Under the pieces are notes generated by a model that was not told the DNA's origin, ran no database searches, and saw nothing but the letters and a program-made list of their open reading frames with translations. The translations under genes and the position numbers were made by a program. Shown in pieces: positions 16,004 to 29,691 of a stretch of DNA of 64,000 nucleotides (within the stretch, counting starts at the first letter, position 1; each line of letters begins with the position of its first letter). Source of the stretch: Mytilus trossulus (lineage: Eukaryota). Location: the NCBI RefSeq assembly GCF_036588685.1, contig NC_086373.1, forward strand, positions 98,580,001 to 98,644,000, written 5' to 3'.

Positions 16004-16940
16004 TTTTATACGACCGCAATTTTTTTTTGTGATCGTATTGGTATCACGTCGACCGTGTCGTCCCAAGACAATTGGTTTCCAAACAATAACTTTAGTATAA
16101 GTGAATAGAAATCTATGAAAATTTATAGACATTGTTTATAACCTCAAAAGGAAGGTCGGACTTGATTTTAAGGATTATATGGTCCATACAGTTTAGGATT
16201 AGGGGCAAAAAAAGGGGCCCAAATAAGCATTTTAGTAGTTTCCAGACAATAAAATGTGTTTAAGTATATGAATCTCTCTGAAATTATACCACAAGTTATC
16301 ATACCTCAAAGGGATGGTAAGGATTAGGGGGTTATTGCTCAAACCATTTAGGAATTAGGGACAAAAAGGGGGAGAAACAAGGGTTTTCTGGTTAATGGAC
16401 GATTAAGACAATTTTAAAGTAGTGTAAGGGAGGTAATCCACTCACATTTAAAGAACAATGTATTTAAATGAGTAATTATGGTTGCAGACTCCAATAGAAA
16501 TTTGAATTGAGATAATGACCATATCTTGAGAGAAAGCATTTATTTGTGGAATAAGGGGAAAGGGGGGACCCCAAAAAAATAATTGGGAAGGTTGGTGAAT
16601 TAGAAAATGTTGGAGGGAACAATTTTTTCTCATTTCAGTAATTGAAAAGAAAAATTCATCAAATACTTTTTTTTGCGAAAAAAAGAGGGTGTCAATTCGC
16701 AACAGCATAGGGTATTACACAAAAGCAAAATATTGAATATAATTTCAAATCATATAACCAATTATAAGTTCATTGATTACTTTTATTCTGTTTCGGAAAC
16801 CTATAACTAGTTTGTGTCAAATATTTTTAAAAATTACAATCCAAATTTAGACCTGTATCAAGTGCTTATATTGATACTGTGTCCATTTTTATCCCAACTG
16901 TTGGAACTCTGCACTCGTAATCTGCGCTCAGTGAAGCAAT
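16004..16940 (+). mobile_element. Degenerate HINE-like element, family D
   Basis: Starts TTTTATACGACCGCAA...GATCGTATTGGTATCACGT as at 62258 and shares ACAATCCAAATTTAGA 3' sequence with that copy. Confidence 0.6.
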
Positions 16941-17629
16941 TCATTGTAACATGTAATAATCTGATGAGCCTAGGCATTTTTATTAGTATTTATAATTTAT
17001 TGTGTGCTGTTACTCCAAAGACCAAGTTGTATGAAAGGATCTGGCGCCCACAAACATGTTTTAAATTGCCCCTCTACATTCGGTATGTGCCTGTCCAAAG
17101 TCAGAAGCTGTAATTCAGTGCTTGTCGTTTATTGTGTTTGTGTCTCGTTTTTTGTTTTGTTATACAGGAAGTTTGTTTTTCCTCGTGAAATAGTCTTTTA
17201 TAGCTGTATTGAAACGACTGCCGTGGTTGATGGAATTAAATTGACAAGCAACTTGAATTAATGGAAAAATTTTGTGTATCAAGGAAGGAACATTTCAAAT
17301 ATGGTCATATCTTTTGTTTACTGTCTTAGTATTTATGCATGTACTACTTATTGTAATGTCTACTACCATGTTATATTGAACAATAAAATATTCTATTGAA
17401 AAAGTAGATAACATAGGATACATATCTATATTTATTGTCTGTTATAAGTAACAAGATTATAAAATTTTCCATTTAGAAACGAAAGACATCAGTATCTTGG
17501 ACGGCGGTTAGCGGTTGCACTCTTTGTAGTCTTTCTATCAGCAGTCACATATGTATTGATATGTGACCACATCCTCATCTAAGCTGTGTAAGCATGCCCC
17601 TTGATGTGTGCATATAAACAACACTTTGA

Positions 17630-20600
17630 TCATCTGATTGGGGAAGAATCAGTGTTCCTTGATTGCCATCGCCATAAGTCCTCACCTTAAAAATGGAAAA
17701 CATAGAACGTAGGCTATGCTTAAAAAAAAGACATATATGCTGCGCCTAAGATATCACGATATAAAATTAATTACATAACATGTGCAATATTTCATTGTGA
17801 AAATAAAATCCTATCACTATAAGAACTTATCTTGTATGAGTGAAAGCACATATTGAGTATATGTTTCAATCAGACATTCATATTGGCCGGAAAACAACAC
17901 AAATCTTTCAAATGTGTCAAAAGGACACATCGTCCAGAACGCACTTTATTATTTACATTTTTATTGACCCTGTGAAATCTTGGTTAAAACCTCAATTTTT
18001 CATATATTTCAACAGTTCCATTCATAATATAGGTGTTCAAAGTACGAAGTTGGTGTGAACTTACTACCTACAGTCAAAACTTGAAACGGTACGGACATAT
18101 GCACCGATCGGAAACCATAATGCCCCTCTACTTTTAGGCAGGGTATACCCTCCAAGTTTTAACGATTTCGTAATAGAAAAGTGTCATTTCGTAATGTCAG
18201 GCTCTAATCACCTAGCTTGTCGTTTTTGGCCGGGATGGGCGAAATCCCAAAAACCGACTTAAATAATGGTGAGGTCGGGCGACTGGATCGTCGGTTTGTG
18301 GAATCATACAACTACTTCCACAACTTCCAACCCAGATCCCGAAAATATAATAGGGGTATTGCACATATGTTGAAGTTATGCAACTGCTATTATAGGTATA
18401 ATTGAGGCAAGATTTTTCCAGACTAGGGATTAAATCTTATGAAAAAGGGCTTTTTGTTTTGTGTAATCAAATAACCTACCCCAACTCAGACTCCCTGAAA
18501 CTTTACAATAAGATTGTACATACTAGTATATTGAAGTGACTGGGGAAATTAGTATTTTTTTCAGCAAAATTAATGAAAGATTTTTGTGTAGTCAACTCCT
18601 CCTACAGTTTTCAACCCAGATCCCTGAAACTTTCATTCCGTTTTGTGGAGAATGTTTGAGGTTTTTCATTCCTTTTTATAATTTTGGAACTACTGCAAAC
18701 TATTTTTTTTAATATTTGAATGTTCAGTATAGAGCCGTCTCCATTGTTTAACAATTACACCTTCAGCACATCCCGTCAATCTGAAGATTCTGTCTATTTT
18801 CATGTTCTTTTAATATTTCATTGGATTTTGCAACCAAGAGAGCCCATTAGCTATGTGGGAAACTTTATTGTGTAGCTAATGTGAAGAACCGACTGTTTCG
18901 GGAACAAATTTTATAAATTAGAGAGCTGTTTTATCATATTTCAAATGCATAGAAAGATGTTCTTTTAAATAGTTTCATATTTAACAATCCTCGATCTCCA
19001 TCAACATGTCAGTTTAGAACGAAAGATTGTCATAAATATTTTGCTACATGAATATGCAGATATGTAAAGGTTGAGCTTATATCTTACACATTTCCTTTAA
19101 TCCTTTTGTTGATTTCCAACCTAACTCTTCAAATGCTAAATCTGGTTTACAATAAAACGATCCTATGTCCCCTGGTCTACGGTCTGCTATTCTGTACTTC
19201 ACCTTATAAAGATAAGAAATCCTCGTCTAATAGAAAACATTTCATAAGGCATGCTATGGTAAATATAAGTCTAAGTTTCGTTTTACGAAAACATTCTTTA
19301 ATTAATGTTCAGTTATATATATTGACTGTTCAGCATTATTTCAGTAACACCAGAGAATGACGTATTGTATATGTATAGCCATGCATATTCTAGAGATTGT
19401 ATTTAATATCAAAATTTCCATGAACGATAAAAAAAATACATCTTTCTGTCTGTCCTCTAGTACGCTCTTTATAAAATCAATAACTTATTCGATATCTTCT
19501 TCGATAACTTATTCGATATCGTCTTGATAATTTTTTCGATAACTGGTTCAATAATTTACAATTTATATATTTCAAAATAACATATTTGTGAATAGCAAAT
19601 AACAAGTTTTTGGATTTTGATGTGTCACATTGGTTTCCCGCTCTTGAATTAATAGACAAACAAATCATAGAAGGAAAATAAAGACATATTGGAGGTACGA
19701 AAAAAAAGACCACTTTTAAGCAGAAAAGATGAAAAGGTCAGACTTACTTCTTTACCCGATGATTTACTCATAGCATTTATCATATCCAGTACAGAATGAC
19801 ATTGGCCTGATCCCATGTTGTATATCTGTAAAATAACAAGCAATGTTCCATGACATCAATTGGTGCCTCAGTAAATATGAAAATTGAATGTAACTATATG
19901 CAATAAATATTTTATTTACATTTTGAACTAAGATCAAGCTTACTGAACTCGTGCATTCAGTGCTAGAAAAAAAGACGGTTCCAATCAATGGATAGTATAT
20001 GCTGAGAACTTTAATAATTTAAAAGTAGCGAATGCACCATAATATATATTATTTTCTGCTGACTATGTGGTACTGGCTTTGTTCATTGTTGAAGGCCGTA
20101 CAGTGAACTAACGTTGTTAATTTCTGTGTCATATAGGTTGTCACTTGTGAAAGTTGCCTCATTGGCAATCATATCACATCTTTTTTATGTACACTCTTTT
20201 TTTTCTGTTTAAAATCTCACCCGTAATCCACATTCCTTCTCCAACTTCTTTTGTGCTAATACGTGTGCATAGGCAAGATCCACCACGTGAACGTAATCTC
20301 TGACACCTAATAAAGCAAAAATTGTTAACTACACAATAAAGCTGACAAAAATAACAATGAAATGCACATTAAAACTAGTGCTAATCGTAAGGACTTACTT
20401 TTGCATCTAATATTTGCCACTGAACATCAAGCATAAAATAAGTAATAATCCCCCGGCATACCGAGTCTACAGTTAGTTAAAACATGGAAGTATTATATTG
20501 TCAATATATTATATTGTCAATATAATACTTCCATGGTTAAAACAAGATAAAATTAATTCCCATTTATCCATACAATATCTTTTATCAACGAAATATTTCA

Positions 20601-22378
20601 GAAATATAAATTCATATATACCTGTGCCATCATGGGTATCAAAATCATTTCCATATATGACAACTTCCGATCTTTTATCAGCGGCTACCTGAGCACAGTA
20701 GGCTATTAAGTATGCAGGTGGACCTTGTGTACTGTCACCAATCTTACCAGACTGATGTGCACCCGCTACATTAAAGTAACGTAGAATGATTATGTTCCAG
20801 CCCTATACAAAATATATAATGACAAACTATTAATAGTGTACATAGCAGTTGTTTGAAACAACTGTACAATCATGGCAAGGATATTACATACTATATATAG
20901 TACATCACACCATAAACTCACTTGAACAGGAGTAAATAGACACGAATAAGAAGAAAGAAAAAACCAGTTGCAAGTTAGCTTCTAATTGAATTTGTTTTGT
21001 AATGACAAAATAGTTAGTTTTTTAATCAGAAAATATACAGATATATAAATGTGTATTATACTATAATATTTGTAGACTGGTGATTATATTGGTTACTCAA
21101 ATGACTTACTTGTTCTGCTTTGCACAAATCTTTGAATAGTTCTTCCATACATTGCTTTGTTTTGCCGTACGGTTTAATACCTCGTCCAGTGCGGTGTTTT
21201 TCATCCAAAGGTAAATATTCGGGAGAACCATAGACAGATGCTGAACTTGAAAATATTAGGTTTTTAACATTGTACTCTTTCATTACCTGGAAAACAAATG
21301 GAATATATTTTTGTGATGTTAAAATTCGTTCATCAATCATACACCAAAAGGACAATCGCAATATAATGACCCCTCAAAATTTAAAATGTAGAAATATCAC
21401 ATCATGTCATGAAAAGACGAAAGGAAGAACAGTATATATGTATATGTGGTTAAGTTAACTCAATATTTTATATTACATTTCATCATGATCTGGATTCTTT
21501 GGTATATTTGTCAAATCAAACACATAACAACATAATTTTATTAAAACGAATTGGTCTTATTGAGACTATGACATTTCCTTGTACCTTGTTTATTTCTACC
21601 AGCGACATACAATACATATATGTCTCTGTTTCTACTATATATATACATACCTCTATCAAGTTAATAGTTCCACAAACATTTACTCTGTAGTACAGCAATG
21701 GTACATCACAAGATTCTCCTATAACCTTCAGTCCGGCCGTATGTACCACACTGGTGAATTTATGCTGCAATGGAGTAATACATACGTATGTACAGCTTTT
21801 ATAAAGATATACTCCCTGTACGCATCCAAAAAAGAAATACAGTTTCGAAAGTTACACAGTTATTAAATCTTGTATAGAACAGAATTCAAGAATAATACAC
21901 CTCAAGTTGACATGATTTATAATTTCATAAAATTTTCCAAGCATACTTCTATCAAAAACTTTATACCAAGCACACAAACATATTATTTTACCTTACTAAA
22001 TAAGTTCTGTAGAGCAGATTTATCAGTTAAATCTATGCTGTAATTTATTATTGTTGTTCCACATATTTCTTCTATTCTCATCATAGTTTCTGAAAAAAAA
22101 GGAAAGAAAACTTCTACTGTAATTCCAAGTCCATAAATTATCTTTCGTATGTGTCCACGAAAAAACTGCATCATTGTCAACTTGTTAAATTATAGTGTTA
22201 TTGTTTTCATATATAAAAAAAAAACATGTCTTGTCGCCAAGAGATAGTACTCACCATGACTAGCATTAACAAAGTTGTCTACAACAACAACAGAATATCC
22301 TGCGTTGATTAGTTCTATAACAGAATGGCTGCCAACAAAACCGGCTCCTCCTGTCACCAAAATACACCCACTTGACAT
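17630..22378 (-). CDS. GALE: Divergent UDP-glucose 4-epimerase paralog (GALE-like), 342 aa, intact; exons 22378-22255, 22089-21992, 21764-21651, 21286-21110, 20802-20622, 20306-20221, 19825-19748, 19202-19088, 17685-17630
   Basis: All introns are GT-AG. Exon lengths 124/98/114/177/181/86/78/115 are identical to the plus-strand GALE, with no stops or frameshifts. Motifs [40 protein letters not shown]. Confidence 0.93.
20483..20535. mobile_element. 53-bp palindromic mini-element, same 18-bp arms as 4657-4693, perfect 7-bp TSD GTTAAAA
   Basis: CATGGAAGTATTATATTG...CAATATAATACTTCCATG flanked by GTTAAAA at 20476-20482 and 20536-20542. Confidence 0.8.
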
Positions 22379-22486
22379 TTCTGTAAAAAATAATAAAAAT
22401 GTGCCATGTAAAAGCTGTGTACAAACCAGGCTTTTGTGGCAGACATGACGATTATGACGATTTAGAGTATGACATATGTGTAGAAA

Positions 22487-23063
22487 AATTTGTAAGGGTT
22501 CCGCGGAACCCAGTGTCTCGCCTATTTTTGCTGTAAATCGCAGGCTCAACAACATTGAGGAAAAAAATCAAAATATTCCACTTGTTACTATTTTATGATT
22601 GTAAGAAAATCTAAGTCCATTTAAAAGTAAATTACAGAAAAAACAGAGTAATCTTTTTACAAAATTTACTTCTGGATACAATCTTATGGTCATACATAAG
22701 CTTCTGTCCAAGTTTGGTACAAACCCAGGATAGTTTAAGAAAGTTATTAAAATTTTAAAAACTTTAACCACAGAGTGAATGTTTTGTTTCCCCGCAGAAA
22801 AAACTAAGTCCATTTATAGTAAAATACGGAAAAAATGGAATTTTATTTTTACAAAATTTACTTCTGGATACTATCTTATGATCATAAACAAGCTTCTGTC
22901 AAAGTTTGGTAGAAATACAGTATAGTTTAAGAAAGTTATTAAAATTTCAAAAACTTTAACCACAGAGTGAATATTTGTTGACGCCGCCGACGACACCGAC
23001 GTCGACGGAATGTAGGATCGCTTAGTCTCGCTTTTTCGACTAAAGTCGAAGGCTCGACAAAAA
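22487..23063 (-). mobile_element. HINE/DINE-1-like non-autonomous Helentron, family B (~190-bp internal repeats)
   Basis: Hairpin GGGTTCCGCGGAACCC, subterminal GTCTCGCCT/AGGCTCGAC, (GCC/GAC)n microsatellite, hairpin TTCGACTAAAGTCGAA, A-run flanks with no TSD. Three copies in the window. Confidence 0.8.
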
Positions 23064-24659
23064 TGTATATTGTTTATGACCGTGTGTTGGCATCCTAGCT
23101 GATATATTTTGGTTTTATTCGTTTTTTTTGTCTCATTGGGGTATGTCGTATATCCCATGTCATCCTTTTGCCATGTCAACTCTACTTAAAGTCTTGATTA
23201 TTACCATACCATGCTTTAAGAAATTTTATACATTAAAAAAGTTAGTAATAACCTACCTATATCCTGGGAACAGTATATCTATATAACCCTCATACACTGA
23301 TTCCTTAGGTCAAGTGGCATTTCTCTTTTTGTACCGTTGGTTGATTTTTGGCAATGGTCAATAGGCTTATCTAGAAGGAGCATATGTTTCAGCTAGTCAA
23401 CTGTTTTGCAAAACATCACACAGTTTTCAAATAACGCAAGTGATTCGTAAGTAACGGTGCTTTTCGGGTTTACTTAATCAACCTATGCCCTTTAATCATA
23501 CCATATTTCGTCATTCTTGTATTCGATAATTTTATTTTTAGTTCCTTTATAGATCTTTCTTTATTATGACATTTATCCGTTCTGTTTGACCTGTTTCAGA
23601 CAAAAATAACGTAAATCTACAAACGTCGGGTAGTTTATTGATCATATTGATCTCTTATGGTATCAGAACTTGTTTTCTCATTTTCATCCTTAGGGCATTT
23701 TAGCTATAATTAACCTTCTTACATTCTTCAAATTGTATACTATGTAGGCACTTTCAAAATAAACATGTCACGTTGTACTGTTGCTGTTCAAACGCAATTC
23801 ATGATTTCCTTCAGAAACACCCTATGGAGGTATAATTCCATGTCGATGTGCAGTTGTACTGTGTGAAAATAATAATTGTGGATTAATTACTACGAGTCGA
23901 AAGCAAAACATGGGTTCTTACCTTTGAAATTATTCAGTTTTGTTCATCCCGGATATACAAATCTCACATGCTAATTTTGCTTGGTCATTTTATTTTTAAA
24001 ACATTGATTTATTTTTACCTATCAGAATCAGTCTTGCGAAACATTTCTGTATAATGATAATTAAAGTTTGAGTCGAACATACAGAAGTTGACAAATTGAA
24101 GGGTGATCTACGTGATCTGGTCTCTGGTGGATAATTGTTTCTATAGCAATCACAACGCCACTTCATTTTTTTCCACGTTAATTTGACATGTTTTGTCATA
24201 AAATTATTAAAGAAAAAAATCAAAAACCTCACACTTCAAAGGTAAATCATTTTAGAATATCATTCCATAAAAAAATATATTCTGACACATTTAAGTTTTT
24301 CTCTTTTTTTCTACACATTGTGGTTGTGGGTTGTGATGCAGTTTTGCACTGATCGAAGCGTGGTTTCAGTAGAAGTTGTATATAATTTAGGGGTCCTTAA
24401 TGAGCTTCTGAAATATTTCAGGATCTCTATGATAGAATTTAAATCATCGAGGACATGGGCATATTTCGGGTTCTCTTAGAATCTGTCAAAATTTAAGGTC
24501 ATAAAATACTCAGTTTTTTTCTCAATGGGATTTCAGGACTGCTACAATTTTACTTCAGGCCTCCTTAAACGTGTATGGAGGTCCACAAATCAGTTTCTGG
24601 ATACCCTGAAGTATTCAGTGCCTATTGAAGTCCTGAAGTATTTTAAGATATCCTGTATT

Positions 24660-25128
24660 CGAATTATGGAGGTCATGAAATTATTAAGATTCCAGAAATC
24701 GAACAATAAAGGGCATGCCATATTTATTCATGAGGACCTCAATACATGGGTTTATTGGTTACCGTAACTTGAATCATGGAGGTCCTGAAATATGTATTGC
24801 CGCACGAGGACCCCAATACCAGGGGTTTTTGTTATCTTAATTCGAATCAGGGAGAACCAGAAATATTTATTCATGAGGACCTCAGTACATGGGTGTATTG
24901 GTAACCTTAAATCAAATCAAGTAGGACCTGGGATGTTTATTCACGAGGACCCTCAGTACATGGATTTATTGGTTACCTTAATTCGAATCATGGAGGACCT
25001 GGCATATTTATTCACGAGGACCCAATACATGGGTTAATTGGTTCCCTTAACTCGAATCATGGAGGACCATAAATATTTATTAATGAGGACCTCAGTACAT
25101 GGGTTTATTGGTTGTCTTATTCGAATCA
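24660..25128. repeat. ~70-bp minisatellite, ~6 degenerate copies
   Basis: GAGGACC recurs at 24732, 24806, 24875, 24945, 25016 and 25085 within a TATTTATTCAYGAGGACCTCAGTACATGGGTTTATTGGTTACCTTAATTCGAATCATGGAGG-like unit. Confidence 0.85.
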
Positions 25129-25799
25129 GAAACTGAAAAATTTCAAGGGCTTTTTAAATACAATAAATTTGACTAAATCCGAGTCTCATTTTGTTTTCTT
25201 TTTTAATTTTGAACAGAAACTATTATTAAAGATTTGCCACTGGACGTGAACCAATCACCAAAGAATGAAGGAAAGATCTGTGACACATGTGCATCACTTA
25301 TCAATCATATCATGCTTTATTTAAGAATAATTATCAACAAATGGAAGTTTTTAACGACCTTGACTGGCTATACAGCCCTTGCACGGTCGGTGAATAATGA
25401 ATTGAAAACCGTTATCTTGGATTGTAAAATAGTATGCAATGCACAATCGGTCTAGTTCTTTGCTTGAATCTGCAAATTTTCAGACAGATTGTCAATTAAT
25501 GTGCAAGACTGTTTACTCGAATAAAGAAAATTAAGTGATTTATTACATTATAATATTAAGACGGTTTCAACAAACATCAAATATTTGTTTCGAAACAATT
25601 TTCAACTTAGCCATTAAAGGGGAGATAACTCTAATAGTATTTGTTTAACAATAAAAGGAACTTAAAAGAAATTTTCATTTTTTTTCTTGAAGCAAGAAAA
25701 CAAGATCGGTGACAGTGATGTATTTGTATTTTCGTTAAACATATTTTAATTCTATATTATCATATTTTGTTTTAAAAAAAAAGCGGACTTGTAGATTGA

Positions 25800-26752
25800 A
25801 AAATTCTTAAGGGTTCCTCGGAACCCAGTGTCTCGCCTACTTATGGTGTTAATTGCAGGCTCAACAAAAGAGGAATACAATCAATAAAAATATTCCTCTT
25901 GATACTGTCTTATGATTCTAAGAAGCTTCTGTCCAAGTTTGGTAAAAATACAGTATGTTTTAAAAACTTTTTTAACAATTCCATTTATAAGTAAAATACA
26001 GATACTAGCTTTTGATCATAAACAAGCTTCTGTCCAAGTTTGGTACAGGTCCAAAATAGTATAAGAAAGTTATTAAAATTTTAAAAACTTTAACCACAGA
26101 GTGAATGGTTGTTTCCTGGCAGAAAATCTAAGTCCATTTAAAAGTAAAATGCACAAAAAATGGATTTATTTGTTAACAAAATTTACTTCTGGATACTTTG
26201 TTATGATCATAAACAAGCTTCTGCCCAAATTTGCTACAAACCCAGGATAGTTTAAGAAAGTTATTAGCTTTCAAAAACTTTAACCACAGAGTGAATGTAA
26301 TGTTTCCTGGCAGAAAAACTAAGTCCATTTTTAAGTAAAATATGGAAAAATGGAATTTTATTTTTCCAAAATTTCCTTCTGGATACTATCTTATGATCAT
26401 AAACAAGCTTCTGTATAAGTTTGGTACAAATACAGGATAGTTTAAGAAAGTTATTAAAATTTCAAAAACTTTAACCACAGAGTAAATATTATGTTATGGC
26501 AGAAAAACTAAGTCTATTTATAAGTAAAATACGGAAAAATGGAATTTTATTTTTACAAAATTTACTTCTGCATACTATCTTATGAACATAAACAAGCTTC
26601 TGTCCAAGTTTGGTAGAAATCCAGTTTAGTTTAAGAAAGTTATTAAAATTTCAAAAACTTTAACCACAGAGTGAATATTTGTTGACGCCGCCGACGGAAT
26701 GTAGGATCGCTATGTCTCGCTTTTTCGACTAAAGTCGAAGGCTCGACAAAAA
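25800..26752 (-). mobile_element. HINE-like element family B, longest copy (~4-5 internal 190-bp units)
   Basis: Same termini as 22487-23063; AAGCTTCTG...AAGTTTGG recurs near 26024, 26215, 26405 and 26594. Confidence 0.8.
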
Positions 26753-27111
26753 TAGCTAATGACCCATACTTCATTAATATGTTTAAAGTCTACATTTCAT
26801 AAAGGTATAGGAAAATTAAATCGGAGGGACTATATGCCCATAATCCACCTTAAATATGTTTCAGTTATTTTTAATTAAGTATTAACAGGGACTTGTTAGT
26901 ATAGAAAGTCCCTGGTATAAATAAAGGTAAAAAATTTGACGGGAACACTTTACTTGCTGGAAGGTTTAAACAGGATTGGGAGAGCTCATCCCTTTTCTTA
27001 ATTTGGACAGTACTATAACAGCACAGCATATTACAGCATTTAATTTTATCATTTCTAAATAGTTATACTAGTTGTTGTTACACTATATTATAACATTTGG
27101 TAGTAGTTAGT

Positions 27112-27362
27112 TGGGGCTTAGGTTGCAGAGAGGTTAAAATAATTCATCTACTATATCACTAGACTGTCAACACTGAGGTTGTGAGTTTGAGCTCACCACA
27201 CCCAGGTTCATTTATCTCCATTTTGATTGACTAGTATTGCCAGTTTTCTTACCATAGATTCGTTGCACTACTTCCAGTCTGGCTTCCTCCACCAATAAAA
27301 ACTTACCTCCTTAAAATAGCTGATAGAGCTGAAAGTGACTTTTAACATCCAATAATTGATCA
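27112..27362 (+). mobile_element. Degenerate tRNA-headed SINE (bivalve V/Meta-SINE-like)
   Basis: B-box-like GTGAGTTTGAG, then GGCTTCCTCCACCAATAAAA and GCTGAAAGTG...TTAACA tail motifs that I recognise from mollusc SINEs. Not verified by search. Confidence 0.45.
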
Positions 27363-29691
27363 ATACAGTCTTAGTAAGATAGCGGATTTTCAAGTCAAAA
27401 CTCCACGTTTGTCTTTAATTGTTTGTTTGTTCATTCATGCTGACATATGCCAATTCATCAGTACCCTTACTTTATAACAAAGAACAACTTATATATAACT
27501 TTAATTTTCAGAAAACTTGATGACATATTTTCAGATAAACATGTAGTTAAGGGAAGTATCAGAAACCAGATTTCAGTATATGTAGTTACATTAGCAAACT
27601 TGGCTAAATCTTTTTTTTGAGATGATGCATTAGGAAAGATTTCAATCTTTCCAAAAAATTGTAATTAGTTGGGACAATTACCTCCTAAATCAATCCCAAC
27701 CTTCCTTTTATGGTATGGATTCTTGTACTACCATTTAAATAGTCAAGTTATTGCATGGAAACCTAAAGTCTTTAGACATTGTCTGTTTTTATGCCCTTTA
27801 TTGAAGTACAATAACCCCAAAAATAAATACCCCCCCCCCCCCTTTAATAGTATTGAACTTTGTGCTATAATTTCATAAAGACACACACTTATACTCAAGT
27901 TAGTCTTCAATCCAAAATGTCTCCAGAAAACAAATGTCTTCAAATGACAACATATACTTAAAAATAACAGTACACATAATTTTTTAGGTCACATAAACAC
28001 ATCAAGATGTACAGGTATTAAGGCTTGCAAGTCAATAATTCAACTCACTTGAATATGTATTCACCTTAAGTTGGAGATGGAATATGCATGTGTATAGTAT
28101 AATCAGCTATCAAATGGAAAAAATGTCAACATAAGAAAGTGAACTAGCAATCAACAGGAAAGATACATTTCCTTGACTTAATCTGCGCATAAAAAATCAT
28201 TCTTATTCAGGTAAAACGATGATTTACATATTTCTTAATCAATGAAACCAACAAAAAAAATAAGAAAGTTCCATGTTATACAAATGCAGGCACCTTTTTT
28301 GTTTTATTTATATTTATGTTTACAAAAGGTCATATGAGCATCAGCATTCTTTGGAAGTCGCCTCTATGGTTAATTAACTTAATTAAAGATAGATTCCAGT
28401 CTAAAATACACATGACATGCTGATCCATGATAATTAGTCCATGCCTTGTAAATTGTTGCTCAGTATACCACCACTTAGAATTTGGCATTAGAAAGTAAGT
28501 GTCTGACAGGCCAATTAAGTGTAATAAGTGTAAAAACTTATCACTGTTACTTCACTGACCAAAATAAAATCATTCAGTTCAGTAGTCTTTGAAAAAAAAA
28601 TTAAGCCCATTCAACTTTAGTATTGGAAAATTAAAAGTATCTGTAAACAGGAAGTAGGACTCTGACATATCAGAAAGTGTTTGCACCTTAGGAGTGATGT
28701 AAACTTGCTGATTAAATACAAAGTTATTTAGTACAGTAGTACTTGGTGAAAGGGTGTTTGTTGTAAAAATAGATAGATAGGACTACCAGACGAACAAGAT
28801 GAGTGCAAAAAAAGCCATCCCTAATATACCTATTGCACAATATTAGAACTTGGCTTTACATAAAAATCTTTTAAACATCTGACCTAATTTTGATTCAAAC
28901 AGGGATAATATAAGCATCAATTGATAAAAGACACCAGAACACATGTTTCTTCATCAATTAATTGATACATTCAGATAAAAAATTGAGAGTTAGTCACAAT
29001 TAATACAGAACTGACTTTATTTTCATTTAAAAATAAGTACAAGAAATAATCTGTTAAATGTTACATTACAAATAGCATTAAAATATTCAATGTATTGAAC
29101 TATAGCAGTTATACATAGTGTACATAACTGTGAAAGACCAGGCTTATAATTTAATTTATTCTGTGACAATTTTTTAATATTATACCGACAGAAGATTTTC
29201 CTTTTTGGTAATAAAATGAAACTTGATGCATGAAATATATCCATATTATGTTATGTCCACATTAAAAAAATCTCTACCTTGCATCTTATACATATTTTAA
29301 TAAATTATACATGGCTGATGCAGTAAAAAAGTCTCTACTAGGTAACACGATATAAAATGGTGACTGTTTAAAATTATAAATAATGTTAACATGTCCTGCC
29401 ATTATACAAAAGACTGAATTTACTGCTTTTTAATTTCTTGCCACTCTTATCAAACAAATTTGATCTTAAGCCTAAATTTTAATACACTTTAGTCTTTATT
29501 CATCAAATAAAATAAATATGGGCTTAAATAAAAGTAAACTTAATTTCACATAGGAAGTCAATTCAATTTAACATTAAATTTATTTTAGCATAACAATTGA
29601 TTAAAAGTGAACCTAAAACATAAAATAGGCTTGTGTGTGTAAGAATATCTATGTCTTTTTTGGTTTAATTTGGATGGTATTCACATTAAAA

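Noticed and set aside
17630-22378. Possibility that the second GALE is a pseudogene or an uncollapsed haplotype
   Set aside because: All nine exons splice in frame without stops. About 31% amino-acid divergence and dissimilar introns are far beyond allelic difference.
24525-25037. ORFs of 80-81 aa
   Set aside because: Derived from the ~70-bp minisatellite and adjacent degenerate repeat.
27112-27200. Possible tRNA gene
   Set aside because: Only a degenerate B-box-like motif with no cloverleaf; better explained as a SINE head.
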